A DNA stretch of 56,671 nucleotides, taken from an uncultured Clostridia bacterium (GTDB lineage: Bacteria > Bacillota > Clostridia > TANB77 > CAG-508). Shown here piece by piece: positions 9,906 to 21,280 of the stretch. Numbering within the stretch: the stretch's first letter is position 1; each line of letters opens with the position of its first letter. Location of the stretch: positions 1 to 56,671 of the forward strand of contig CANRNW010000005.1 of NCBI GenBank assembly GCA_947632145.1, given 5' to 3'. The position numbers and the translations under genes were made by a program. Below the pieces are notes generated by a model that worked only from the letters and a program-made list of their open reading frames with translations, was not told the origin of the DNA and ran no database searches.

Positions 9906-11615
9906 ATGATAAATATAAAAGAAGAAATTGCAAAGGCAATAGCAGCATCAGTAAATTTAGATGAAAAAGAATTAGTAAACTATATAGAAATACCACCTAA
10001 TAGTGATTTAGGTGATTTTGCATTTCCTTGTTTTAAACTAGCAAAGGAACTAAAAAAAGCACCACCAATAATAGCAAATGAAATAAAAGAAAATATAACT
10101 ATAGATACAAAAATATTAGAAAAGATAGAAATTCAAGGTGGATATTTGAACTTCTACATTAACAAACAAACACTTGCAAAAGAGGTATTAACAGAAGTTG
10201 ATAATAAAAAGGAAAAATATGGTTCAGTAAATGTTGGCAAAGGGAAAAATCTTGTAATAGAATATTCATCTCCTAATATTGCAAAGCCATTCCATATAGG
10301 ACATTTGCGTTCAACGGTTATAGGTGGAGCATTATATAAAATAAATAGCTTTTTAGGATATAATACAATTGGAATAAACTATTTAGGAGACTGGGGATTA
10401 CAGTTTGGAAAGGTAATGGCTGGACTGGAGTTATGGAAATCAGAATATAATTTAGAAGAAAATACAATAGATGCAATATTAAAAATATATATAAGATTTA
10501 ACAAAGAAGAAAAAGAAAATCCAGAAATGACAGACTTAGCAAGAAAAGCTTTCAAAAAACTTGAGGATGGAGATGAAGAGGCTAAGAAAACTTGGGAATG
10601 GCTAAGGTCTTTAAGCTTAGAAAATTATGAAAAAACATATAATCTATTAAATGCAAAGTTCGATTCATATAATGGAGAAGCATATTATAACGATAAAATG
10701 GATCCAATAGTAGAAGAATTAAAGCAAAAAAAATTATTAGTTGAATCACAAGGAGCACAGGTTGTTGACTTAGAAGAGTTTGGAATGCCACCATGTATAG
10801 TAATTACTTCAGCTGGTACTACAATATATGCAACTAGAGATATAACAGCATTATTAGATAGAATAAAAACATATAACTTTGAAAAGATGATTTATGTAGT
10901 TGGAAGTGAACAGAAATTACATTTTAGTCAGATATTTAAAGTTGTAGAGCTAATGGGATATGGAGATTATGTGAAAAGATGCAAACACGTTCCATTTGGT
11001 TTAGTTGTAGATAAAGATGGAGAAAAAATAGGTTCTAGAAAGGGAAATTCAGTTTCACTAGAAGATATATTAAATGAAGCAATAGAAAAAGTTAAAAATA
11101 TAATAAATGAAAAAAATCCAGATTTAGAAGACAAGGATGAAGTTGCAAGAAAAGTTGGAGTAGGTGCAATAATATTTAATGACTTATCAAATAGTAGAAT
11201 TAAAGATGAAATATTTGATTGGGATATGTTATTAAACTTCCAAGGAGAAACAGGACCATATATACAATACATATATGTAAGAACAAAAAGTGTATTATCA
11301 AAAGCTGGATATGTACCAAATATAAAAGATGTAGACTTTTCTAAAATAACAGAAAAAGAAGCAATGAATATAATTAAATTATTATATTCATTTAGTGATG
11401 TTGTAATTCAGTCAGCAGAAAAAAATGAGCCATCAATAGTGTCAAGATATTTAATAGATTTGGCTCAAAGTTTTAGTAATTATTATAATGAGTACCATAT
11501 AATAACAGATGAAAAAACTCTTCAAGATGCAAGATTATATTTAACATATGCTGTAGGCACTGTATTAAAAACTGGAGCGGAATTACTAGGTATGGAAATG
11601 CCAGAAAGAATGTAG
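9906..11615 (+). CDS. argS: Arginine--tRNA ligase
   Basis: Class-I HIGH motif (PFHIGHLRST), an anticodon-binding C-terminus and the typical ending ...GMEMPERM. RBS aaaggag upstream. Confidence 0.93.
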   Translation: MINIKEEIAKAIAASVNLDEKELVNYIEIPPNSDLGDFAFPCFKLAKELKKAPPIIANEIKENITIDTKILEKIEIQGGYLNFYINKQTLAKEVLTEVDNKKEKYGSVNVGKGKNLVIEYSSPNIAKPFHIGHLRSTVIGGALYKINSFLGYNTIGINYLGDWGLQFGKVMAGLELWKSEYNLEENTIDAILKIYIRFNKEEKENPEMTDLARKAFKKLEDGDEEAKKTWEWLRSLSLENYEKTYNLLNAKFDSYNGEAYYNDKMDPIVEELKQKKLLVESQGAQVVDLEEFGMPPCIVITSAGTTIYATRDITALLDRIKTYNFEKMIYVVGSEQKLHFSQIFKVVELMGYGDYVKRCKHVPFGLVVDKDGEKIGSRKGNSVSLEDILNEAIEKVKNIINEKNPDLEDKDEVARKVGVGAIIFNDLSNSRIKDEIFDWDMLLNFQGETGPYIQYIYVRTKSVLSKAGYVPNIKDVDFSKITEKEAMNIIKLLYSFSDVVIQSAEKNEPSIVSRYLIDLAQSFSNYYNEYHIITDEKTLQDARLYLTYAVGTVLKTGAELLGMEMPERM

Positions 11616-11627
11616 GAGGAATAAATT

Positions 11628-12446
11628 ATGAATAAAGAAGGCAATACAAATAAAAGTGCAACTTATGAAACTAAAGCTGACAAGAAAAATTATATTATAA
11701 TCATTTTGTGTGTGCTAGCAATAATTTCTGGTGCTGTTGCAGGATTAGTAGCTTGGAATAACAATAAAGAAAAAACAGATCAAAACGAACAAATTTCTAA
11801 AGAAGAAGTAGAAAACATAGAGAGCAAAGAAAATAATGTAAATGAGGAGAATGAAAATATGAATAATAATGAAGAAGGAAAAAATCCAGTTGTTACAATG
11901 AAAATTAAAAACTATGGAACAGTAAAAATTGAATTATATCCAGATATTGCACCAAATACAGTTAAAAATTTTATTAGCTTAATAAATGAGAAATATTATG
12001 ATGGATTAACATTCCATAGAATAATAGATGGATTTATGATACAAGGTGGAGATAAATCAGGAACAGGTTCAGGCCAAACAGATTTTACAATACCAGGAGA
12101 GTTTTCTGAGAATGATTTTGCAAACAATTTAACACATTCAAAAGGTGTTATATCTATGGCAAGAAGAGATTATACTTATTATGGAAAAATAAAAGAAGGT
12201 TATGATTCAGCTGCTACTCAATTCTTTATAATGTTAGAAGATACACCAAGTTTAGATGGACTTTATGCGTCATTCGGGAAAGTAATAAGTGGAATGGATA
12301 TAATAGAAAGAATAGGAAAAGTAAAAACTGACTCAAACGATAGACCTAAAGAAACTGTTATTATAGAAAGTATGACAGTAGATACTTTTGGAAAAGATTA
12401 TGGCGAACCTGAAAGATTAGAACCTTTTGATATAAGCCAATTATAA
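11628..12446 (+). CDS. Membrane-anchored cyclophilin-type peptidyl-prolyl isomerase
   Basis: N-terminal TM helix (IIIILCVLAIISGAVAGLVAW), an acidic linker, and a cyclophilin core FHRIIDGFMIQGGD...ISMAR. Confidence 0.88.
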   Translation: MNKEGNTNKSATYETKADKKNYIIIILCVLAIISGAVAGLVAWNNNKEKTDQNEQISKEEVENIESKENNVNEENENMNNNEEGKNPVVTMKIKNYGTVKIELYPDIAPNTVKNFISLINEKYYDGLTFHRIIDGFMIQGGDKSGTGSGQTDFTIPGEFSENDFANNLTHSKGVISMARRDYTYYGKIKEGYDSAATQFFIMLEDTPSLDGLYASFGKVISGMDIIERIGKVKTDSNDRPKETVIIESMTVDTFGKDYGEPERLEPFDISQL

Positions 12447-12471
12447 ATTCTCTGTAGCTATAGAGGTTAAT

Positions 12472-13272
12472 ATGAACAAATCAGAAATATTAGAAAAATA
12501 TTCAAAACCAGAAGAAAAATTATTAGTATCAAAATTATTAGATAAAATAGAACTTTGTAATAAAAGAAATGTAATAACAACAACAGATTTTTTAGATTTA
12601 TATCAAAAAAATATAGTAGAAAAAGTGTTAAAAACAGTAGAATGTAATTTTATATTTTTTGGTGGGTATAATGAAGCTTCAAGAGTAATGCTTATAATAT
12701 ATCCTAAAAAATTAACTATACAAATGGTTGAAGAAAATTACAAAAACTATATGGAAATAGTAAGAATAACATTACCCAAAAATAATGTAGGAGAATACCA
12801 CCATAAAGACTATTTAAGTGGAATAATGAAACTAGGAATAAGAAGAGAGAAATTCGGAGATATAATAGTTCAAAATTATGGAGCAGATATTGTAGTAAGC
12901 AAAGATATATCTGAGTATATAAAAACAAATTTAGAAAGCTTAACAAGATTTAGTAAATCTAAAATAGATACTGTAGATATAAACGATATAAAAAAAGTTG
13001 AAATAAAAAAAGAAGAACTTAAAATAATAGTTCCATCATTAAGATTAGATAGTGTTGTAGCACAATTAAGTAATACTTCAAGAACGAAAGCAAATGAAAT
13101 AATTTTAGATTCAAGAGTATTTATAAATTATGAAGAACAAAAAAGAATAGATAAACAAATAAAGGAAAAAGACATATTAGTAATACGTGGGAAGGGAAAA
13201 TTTGAAATAGATAAAATAGAGGGAAATACTAGAAAAAATAAGCAGATAGTAGTTGTGAAAAAATATGTTTAA
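12472..13272 (+). CDS. ylmH: YlmH-like RNA-binding S4-domain protein
   Basis: TTDFLDLYQKNIV motif near the N-terminus and a C-terminal S4-like segment (LRLDSVVAQLSNTSRTKANEIILDSRVFINY). Confidence 0.75.
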   Translation: MNKSEILEKYSKPEEKLLVSKLLDKIELCNKRNVITTTDFLDLYQKNIVEKVLKTVECNFIFFGGYNEASRVMLIIYPKKLTIQMVEENYKNYMEIVRITLPKNNVGEYHHKDYLSGIMKLGIRREKFGDIIVQNYGADIVVSKDISEYIKTNLESLTRFSKSKIDTVDINDIKKVEIKKEELKIIVPSLRLDSVVAQLSNTSRTKANEIILDSRVFINYEEQKRIDKQIKEKDILVIRGKGKFEIDKIEGNTRKNKQIVVVKKYV

Positions 13273-13373
13273 AAAATTTATAAAAAACATTTGCTATTTA
13301 TATGAAAATGTAATATAATTGTAACAAATTTGTAATAATAATGTAATGATATAATAAAAAGGGGCCGATGCTG

Positions 13374-14375
13374 ATGTTTGGTTTTGGACAAGATATAGGA
13401 ATAGATTTAGGAACTGCTACAGTTATAGCATACGTAAAAGGAAAAGGAATAGTATTAAGAGAACCTTCAGTTGTTGCTGTAAATAATGCAACAAACGAAG
13501 TATTAGCTGTTGGAGAAGAAGCAAGAAAAATGTTAGGTAGAACTCCAGGAAACATAGTTGCAACAAGACCTTTAAGAGATGGTGTTATATCAAATTATAC
13601 TGTTACAGAAAAAATGTTAAAGCATTTTATAAATAAAGTATGTGGGAAATTTATTTTCGCTCCAAGAATAATGATATGTATCCCTTCAAGAGTAACAGAA
13701 GTAGAAAAAAAAGCAGTTATAGATGCAGCAACACAAGCGGGAGCAAGGAAAGTATATTTAATAGAAGAACCAATAGCAGCAGCAATTGGAGCTGGAATAG
13801 ATATATCTAAAGCTTGTGGAAATATGATTGTAGATATAGGCGGAGGAACAACAGATATAGCAGTAATAGCATTAGGAGGTTCAGTAGTTAGTACATCTAT
13901 TAAGGTAGCTGGAGATAAATTTGATGAATATATAGTAAAATACGTAAAAAAGAAACATAATGTAATGATAGGTGAAAGAACAGCAGAAGATTTAAAAGTA
14001 AATATTGGTTGTGTATTTCCTAAGATACAAGATACAGAAATGGACATAAGAGGTAGAGATTTAATTACAGGATTACCAAAAACTCTAACAATCCATTCGA
14101 GCGAAATGATGGAAGCTTTAAAAGAACCTGCAGATATGATAGTAGATGCAGTACACAGTGTATTAGAAAAAACACCACCAGAACTTGCAGCAGATATAAG
14201 CGATAGGGGAATATACTTAACTGGTGGAGGAGGTTTGGTTGATGGATTAGACAAACTACTTCAAGAAAAAACAGGAATAAATGTTGTAGTGGCAGATGAT
14301 GCAATATCTTGTGTAGCACTAGGAACAGGCAAGGCGTTAGATAATTTAGATATTTTAGATGGACATAAAAAATAA
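13374..14375 (+). CDS. mreB: Rod-shape-determining actin homologue MreB/Mbl
   Basis: DIGIDLGTATV, EPIAAAIGAG and DIGGGTTDIAV motifs. ATG 13374 is better spaced from RBS aaaagggg than ATG 13368. Confidence 0.9.
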   Translation: MFGFGQDIGIDLGTATVIAYVKGKGIVLREPSVVAVNNATNEVLAVGEEARKMLGRTPGNIVATRPLRDGVISNYTVTEKMLKHFINKVCGKFIFAPRIMICIPSRVTEVEKKAVIDAATQAGARKVYLIEEPIAAAIGAGIDISKACGNMIVDIGGGTTDIAVIALGGSVVSTSIKVAGDKFDEYIVKYVKKKHNVMIGERTAEDLKVNIGCVFPKIQDTEMDIRGRDLITGLPKTLTIHSSEMMEALKEPADMIVDAVHSVLEKTPPELAADISDRGIYLTGGGGLVDGLDKLLQEKTGINVVVADDAISCVALGTGKALDNLDILDGHKK

Positions 14376-14380
14376 TTGTA

Positions 14381-14407
14381 AAGGGCAACCATTGTGTTGC
14401 CCTTTTC
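14381..14407 (+). terminator. Intrinsic terminator after mreB
   Basis: aagggcaac / gttgccctt stem followed by a short T-rich tail (ttc). Confidence 0.7.
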
Positions 14408-14492
14408 TATTGCAAAAAAAAGCAAAAAGGTATATTATAATACATATTGTCAAATGAAACGGAGATTTTTGATAATATTTTAGGAGGAAGCA

Positions 14493-15774
14493 ATGAAAAA
14501 AGTAGCATTTTACACATTACGGTTGCAAAGTAAATCAATACGAAACAAATGCAATGATACAAAAATTTATGGAAAACAACTATGAAATTGTAGATTTTGA
14601 TGATTTTGCAGATATATATATAATAAATACTTGTACAGTTACAAACATGTCAGATAAAAAGTCAAGACAAATAATTAGAAGAGCGAAGCATAAAAATAAA
14701 AATGCTATATTAGTTGTAGTTGGTTGTTATGCACAAATTGCAAAAGAAAAGTTGGAAAAAATAAAAGAAATAGATATGGTGCTTGGAAACAACGAAAAAG
14801 GAAACATTGTAGAATGTGTAGAAAATTATAGTAAAATGCTTATAACTGATGTAATGAATCAAAAAGAATTCGTTGAGTTTGGTAGCACAACATACACAGA
14901 TAAAACAAGGGCAGTAATAAAAGTACAAGATGGATGTGATAGATTTTGCTCATATTGTGTAATTCCTTATGCTAGAGGAAGGGTTAGAAGCAGAAAAATA
15001 AAAAATGTTGTAGAAGAGATTAGTTGTATTGCAAAAAATGGAATAAAAGAAGTTGTAATAACAGGAATACATATAGCATCTTTTGGGAAAGATTTTAAAG
15101 ATGGAACGAGTTTAATAGATTTATTAGAAGAAATAAATAAAATAGAAGGAATTGAAAGAATTCGCTTGGGTTCAATAGAACCAACTATAATAACTAAGGA
15201 ATTCTTAGAAAGATTAACAAAATTAGAAAAAATATGTGACCATTTTCACTTATCTTTACAAAGTGGATGCGATGAAACTTTAAAAAGAATGAATAGAAAA
15301 TATACAACTTTAGAATTTGAAAATATAGTAAATTTATTAAGAAATGCATACCCAGAAGTTGCACTTACAACAGATATAATAGTTGGATTTCCTGGAGAAA
15401 CGGAAGAAGAATTTAATAAAACTTATGAGTTTCTAAGCAAAATAAAATTTATGAAAATGCATATATTTAAATATTCTAAAAGAGATGGAACAAAAGCAGC
15501 ATTGATGGAAAATCAAATTGATGGAAATATAAAAGAAGAGCGAAGTAATATGCTCATAGAGTTATCTGATAAAAACGAAAAAGAATTTATGGAAAAGTAC
15601 ATTGGAAAGAATACAAAAGTGTTATTTGAACAAAGTAATAAAGATTATACAGAGGGACATACAAAAAATTACATATTGGTTAAAGTACCTAAAAATAGCG
15701 ATTTAGAGAACCAAATAGAAAATGTAAAAGTACTTAAATTAAATGAACTTGCTTTAGAAGGAGAAATAAATTAA
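14493..15774 (+). CDS. mtaB: tRNA (t6A37) methylthiotransferase MtaB (MiaB-like radical SAM); +1 frame break at in-frame CGG 14520-14522
   Basis: ATG 14493 (RBS aggagg) gives MKKVAFYTL. The +1 frame continues GCKVNQYETNAMIQKF... into track ORF 14554..15774. UPF0004 Cys motifs (GCKVN, NTCTVT), a radical-SAM CDRFCSYC motif and a TRAM-like C-terminus are present. Confidence 0.85.
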
Positions 15775-15856
15775 ATTTTTCTTTACATTAAAAAAATACA
15801 ATGATATAATTACAATTGTTTAAAAATAATTACATTTATCAAAGGAGTAATTTACT

Positions 15857-17320
15857 ATGACAACTGCACAAAAGGTTATAAAATTATTAGAAGATAAAAA
15901 AATATTAAGAGAACAAAAATGCAATGATGATACAAAAATAGAATTTGTATCTTGCGATTCAAGAAGTGTAAAACCAAATACAATATTTTTCTGTAAAGGG
16001 AAACATTATAAACCAGAGTACTTAACTCAAGCGATAAATGAAGGTGCTACAATATATGTTTCTGAAGAAAAATTTGAAGATGTAGATTTACAATATATAA
16101 TAGTTAATGATATACAAAAAGCAATGGCTATTGTAGCAGCAGAGTTTTATGAATATTCATTTAAAGATTTAATAACAACAGGGATTACAGGAACAAAGGG
16201 AAAAACAACAGTAACAATGTTTATAAAAAATATACTTGATGAATATACAAAATCAGATACACCACTTAGTTGTACAATAAGATATTATACTGGAATAACA
16301 GATGAACCAGCACATAATACAACTCCAGAACCAATAGATTTACAAAGATTTTTCTATGAAGCAAAGAAAAATGGAGCAAAATATGCAACAATGGAAATAA
16401 GTTCACAAAGCTATAAAAGAGATAGAGCTTATGGAGTTACATTCGATAACGGAATATTTATAAATATAGTTGAAGATCATATAAGCAATGTTGAACATCC
16501 AACATTTGAAGATTATTTACATTGTAAAATAGAGTTATTAAAGAATTCAAAAAGAGCAATAATAAATAAAAATATGGATTATTTTGATGTTGTATATAGT
16601 GAGTGCAAAGGTAAAGAAATATTAACATACGGAACTGATAAAACAGCTACTTATTACTACACAAATGTAAAAAAATTAGAAAAGGGATTCGAATTTGATG
16701 CAATAAGCGAAAAATTCAATTATAATCACAGATTTAAAATAAATATGTTAGGAAGATTTAACATAGAAAATGCATTAGCTGCAATTACTTTAACAAAGCA
16801 ATTAGGTGTAGATGATGATAGCATACAAAGAGGACTTTTAAAGACTTATGTTAAAGGTAGAATGGATGCTTATGAAAGAGATGGAGTAACTGTAATAGTA
16901 GATTATGCACACAATAGATTAAGTTACACAAAATTATATGAATCTTTAAAATTAGATTACCCAGATAAGAGAATAATATCTGTTGGTGGAACTCATGGAA
17001 GTAAGGCATATAATAGAAGAAAAGATTTTGGAGAAATAGTTGGAGACAATTCAGATTATATATATATAACAGCTCTTGATCCACAAGATGAAAAAGTTGA
17101 AGATATATGTAAAGATATAGCATTACACATTAAAGATAAAAGTAAATACGAAATAGTTCCAGATAGAAAAACTGCTGTTGAAAAAGCAATAACAAATGCA
17201 AAGCCAGGTGACCTTATAGTTATAATGGGAAAAGGAGAAGAAACATATCAAGTTGTAAACGGAGAGTTAGAAAAATACGAATCTGATTTAGCTATTGTAA
17301 AAAGAATGTTAAAGTATTAA
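15857..17320 (+). CDS. murE: UDP-N-acetylmuramoyl-L-alanyl-D-glutamate--(L-Lys/mDAP) ligase
   Basis: Mur ligase P-loop GITGTKGKTT, central and C-terminal Mur ligase domains, and DYAHN. Confidence 0.85.
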   Translation: MTTAQKVIKLLEDKKILREQKCNDDTKIEFVSCDSRSVKPNTIFFCKGKHYKPEYLTQAINEGATIYVSEEKFEDVDLQYIIVNDIQKAMAIVAAEFYEYSFKDLITTGITGTKGKTTVTMFIKNILDEYTKSDTPLSCTIRYYTGITDEPAHNTTPEPIDLQRFFYEAKKNGAKYATMEISSQSYKRDRAYGVTFDNGIFINIVEDHISNVEHPTFEDYLHCKIELLKNSKRAIINKNMDYFDVVYSECKGKEILTYGTDKTATYYYTNVKKLEKGFEFDAISEKFNYNHRFKINMLGRFNIENALAAITLTKQLGVDDDSIQRGLLKTYVKGRMDAYERDGVTVIVDYAHNRLSYTKLYESLKLDYPDKRIISVGGTHGSKAYNRRKDFGEIVGDNSDYIYITALDPQDEKVEDICKDIALHIKDKSKYEIVPDRKTAVEKAITNAKPGDLIVIMGKGEETYQVVNGELEKYESDLAIVKRMLKY

Positions 17321-17347
17321 AAAATATACAAAGGAGGAAATGTAAAA

Positions 17348-17992
17348 ATGAAAGGAAAAACAAACGAAAATCCAAATTCAAATAATTGTGAGAATAATGT
17401 AAGCGAAATAATAGAAAATGCATTTAGCGATTTAATATCACAATATTTTGAAGAAGGAAATGATGTACGAAACGCAGAAAATATTGAACAAGGAGTTACT
17501 TTAGATTGGGATTCAGTAGCAAATGGACAGTTATATACAAATAACAATTTGAAACCAAATTATGGAGGTTTATATACAAACTTAGAAAATGTTGGTGGCG
17601 TAAACCAAACACAAAATTTAGGTAATATTGAAGTAATAGGCAATACAAATAATAATGATGGTATCTTATATAAAGAATTAGGAAATATAAATAATGGCGG
17701 AGCTGAAGTTAATTTAGAAACAGGTATTGAAGTTGGAAATGTAATTAACACAGGCTCTGTAAGTGAAGTTACTGCTAGTACTGAAATAAATAGCGGAACT
17801 GAAACAGGATTAGGAACTGATTTTAAATTAACACAAGGTAATCTACCAGCTAAAATCGGTTTCTGGACAAAACTTAGAAATTTCTTTATACCAAGTGCAA
17901 AAATACAATATTCAGTTGGACCAACAAGCGAAAATACTGGAACTTGGAATAAGTTGCAAAAATTTTTCTCATTTGGAAAATCTGGAAAATAA
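17348..17992 (+). CDS. Asn/Gly-rich hypothetical protein with duplicated C-terminal WxKLxxFF motif
   Basis: RBS aaaggagg upstream. Low-complexity N/G/T-rich body. C-terminus has GFWTKLRNFF and GTWNKLQKFF. No family recognised. Confidence 0.55.
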   Translation: MKGKTNENPNSNNCENNVSEIIENAFSDLISQYFEEGNDVRNAENIEQGVTLDWDSVANGQLYTNNNLKPNYGGLYTNLENVGGVNQTQNLGNIEVIGNTNNNDGILYKELGNINNGGAEVNLETGIEVGNVINTGSVSEVTASTEINSGTETGLGTDFKLTQGNLPAKIGFWTKLRNFFIPSAKIQYSVGPTSENTGTWNKLQKFFSFGKSGK

Positions 17993-18067
17993 TCAGTATA
18001 ATGTTTATATTTTTTGAAAAAGAAGAATAAAAGTGCCTCATTTTAAATAAAGGGGTAAAAATCTTAA

Positions 18068-18094
18068 AAGAATACTTGCCAAGTATTCTTTTTT
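18068..18094 (+). terminator. Intrinsic terminator
   Basis: aagaatactt-gcc-aagtattctt stem-loop followed by tttt. Confidence 0.75.
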
Positions 18095-18101
18095 GGTATA
18101 A

Positions 18102-19178
<1,077 letters not shown>

Positions 19179-19199
19179 AATGTATTGTACACGAAAAAA

Positions 19200-19224
19200 T
19201 GTAGGGGCGCATGATTGCGCCCTT
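19200..19224 (+). repeat. Copy 2 of the 25-nt GC-rich hairpin element (tgtaggggcgcatgattgcgccctt) in the gap-pgk spacer
   Basis: Exact match to 9765-9789. 7-bp GC stem with a 4-nt loop. Only a weak T tail here. Confidence 0.8.
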
Positions 19225-19244
19225 GATAAATTAGGAGGTAACTT

Positions 19245-20432
19245 ATGTCTAAAAAAACAGTTAGAGATATAGATGTAAAAGGGAAAAGAGTATTAGTAAG
19301 ATGCGACTTTAATGTACCACAAGATAAAGAAACAGGAGCGATTACCGATAATAGAAGAATAAAAGGTGCTATTCCAACAATACAATATTTAATAGATAAC
19401 AATGCAAAAGTAATACTTTGTTCACATTTAGGAAGACCAAAGGGAGAAGTAAACGAAAAATATTCATTAAAAGTAGTTGCAGAAGAATTAAGCAAACTTT
19501 TAGGAAAAGAAGTAAAACTTGCCAAAGATATAGTTGGAGATAGTGCTAAAGAACTTGTAGCAAATATGCAAGAAAAAGATGTTATATTACTAGAAAATGT
19601 TAGATTTGATGCAAGAGAAGAGCAAAACGATAAAGAATTTTCTAAAGAATTAGCAAGTTTAGCAGAAATTTATGTTAATGATGCTTTTGGAACCGCTCAT
19701 AGAGCACACAGCACAACAGCAGGAGTTGCAGAATTTTTACCTGCAGTTTCAGGATTCCTTATAGAAAAAGAAATAAAATTTTTAGGAGATGCTTTGCAAA
19801 ATCCAGAAAGACCATTTGTTGCAATACTTGGAGGAGCAAAAGTATCAGATAAAATTGCTGTTATAGAAAATTTAATAGAAAAAGTAGATAAATTATTGAT
19901 AGGTGGAGGAATGGCATTTACATTTTTAAAGGCTGAAGGACATAGTATAGGAAAATCAATTTGTGAAGAAGATAAATTAGATTTAGCAAAAGAATTATTA
20001 GAAAAAGCTAATAAAAAAGGCGTTGAAATAGTATTACCAATAGATGCAAATGTAACAACAGAATATTCAAATGATACAGAAAATAAAATAGTACATTCAC
20101 AAGATATACCAGATGGATGGGAAGGATTAGACATTGGACCAGACACAATAGAAAAATTTAAAGAAATATTAAAAAGTGCAAAAACTGTTATGTGGAATGG
20201 ACCACTTGGAGTATGCGAGTTTTCTAAATATGAAGCAGGAACAAAAGAAATAGCAACAGAGTTAGGAAACATTGATGCAGTAACAATAATAGGTGGTGGA
20301 GATTCAGCAGCAGCAATAGAAAAATTAGGCTTAGCTGATAAAATGACTCATATATCAACTGGTGGAGGAGCATCATTAGAATTTTTAGAAGGAAAATTGT
20401 TACCAGGAATTGAATGCTTATTAGATAAATAA
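19245..20432 (+). CDS. pgk: Phosphoglycerate kinase
   Basis: [16 protein letters not shown] and GGGDSAAA motifs. Confidence 0.95.
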   Translation: MSKKTVRDIDVKGKRVLVRCDFNVPQDKETGAITDNRRIKGAIPTIQYLIDNNAKVILCSHLGRPKGEVNEKYSLKVVAEELSKLLGKEVKLAKDIVGDSAKELVANMQEKDVILLENVRFDAREEQNDKEFSKELASLAEIYVNDAFGTAHRAHSTTAGVAEFLPAVSGFLIEKEIKFLGDALQNPERPFVAILGGAKVSDKIAVIENLIEKVDKLLIGGGMAFTFLKAEGHSIGKSICEEDKLDLAKELLEKANKKGVEIVLPIDANVTTEYSNDTENKIVHSQDIPDGWEGLDIGPDTIEKFKEILKSAKTVMWNGPLGVCEFSKYEAGTKEIATELGNIDAVTIIGGGDSAAAIEKLGLADKMTHISTGGGASLEFLEGKLLPGIECLLDK

Positions 20433-20508
20433 TTGTAGGGTACAGCAAATGCCAAGTTATTACAAGTAGATACAAAGCTTACCCCAAAAATCAAGAAAGG
20501 ATGATCTT

Positions 20509-21258
20509 ATGAGAAAAAAAGTAATAGCAGGTAACTGGAAGATGAATAAACTTCCAAATGAAGCAATAGAATTAGTAGAAAAGCTAACACCACTTGTAAA
20601 AAATACAGACAACGAAGTAATAGTATGTGTACCATATATAGATTTATTCTATGTGTTAATGCAAACACAAGGAACAAACATAAAAGTAGGCGCACAAAAT
20701 ATGCACTGGGAAGAAAAAGGTGCATACACAGGTGAAATATCTGGTGATATGCTAAGCAAAATGGGCGTAGAATATGTTATAATAGGGCATTCAGAAAGAA
20801 GAGCATATTTTGCAGAAACAGATGAAACAGTAAATAAAAAAATAAAAGCAGCTTTAAGTTACAACTTAAAACCAATAGTTTGTGTTGGAGAAAGTTTAGA
20901 GCAAAGAGAAACTGGAGTTGCAAAGGAAATAATTACAAAGCAAACAGAATTAGCTTTAGAGGGAATTGAAGCTAAGGATTTAGAAAAGATAATAATAGCC
21001 TATGAGCCGATTTGGGCAATAGGAACAGGAAAAACAGCAACAAAAGAAGATGCAAATGAAAGCATAAAATGGATTAGAGAAAAAATTGTAGAAAAATATG
21101 GACAACAGGTAGCTAATGGGGTTATAATACAGTACGGCGGAAGTGTAAAATCAAGTAATGCTAAAGAATTGTTCGAAATGAGCGACATAGATGGAGGCTT
21201 AGTAGGAGGAGCAAGTTTAGATGCAGAAGAATTCGCTAAAATAGTAAATTACAAATAA
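20509..21258 (+). CDS. tpiA: Triose-phosphate isomerase
   Basis: AGNWKMN, IGHSERR and [10 protein letters not shown] motifs. Confidence 0.95.
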   Translation: MRKKVIAGNWKMNKLPNEAIELVEKLTPLVKNTDNEVIVCVPYIDLFYVLMQTQGTNIKVGAQNMHWEEKGAYTGEISGDMLSKMGVEYVIIGHSERRAYFAETDETVNKKIKAALSYNLKPIVCVGESLEQRETGVAKEIITKQTELALEGIEAKDLEKIIIAYEPIWAIGTGKTATKEDANESIKWIREKIVEKYGQQVANGVIIQYGGSVKSSNAKELFEMSDIDGGLVGGASLDAEEFAKIVNYK

Positions 21259-21280
21259 TGAAAAGAGGAATAATATAAAT

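Noticed and set aside
13595-14254. Long antisense ORFs in the track, e.g. 13595..14254(-), 18704..19525(-), 19697..20272(-), 23716..24117(-), 8231..8614(-), 7568..7897(-) and 5719..6159(-)
   Set aside because: They lie fully opposite strongly conserved housekeeping genes. They have no RBS and encode low-complexity Leu/Phe/Ile/Ser-rich sequences typical of shadow frames in AT-rich DNA.
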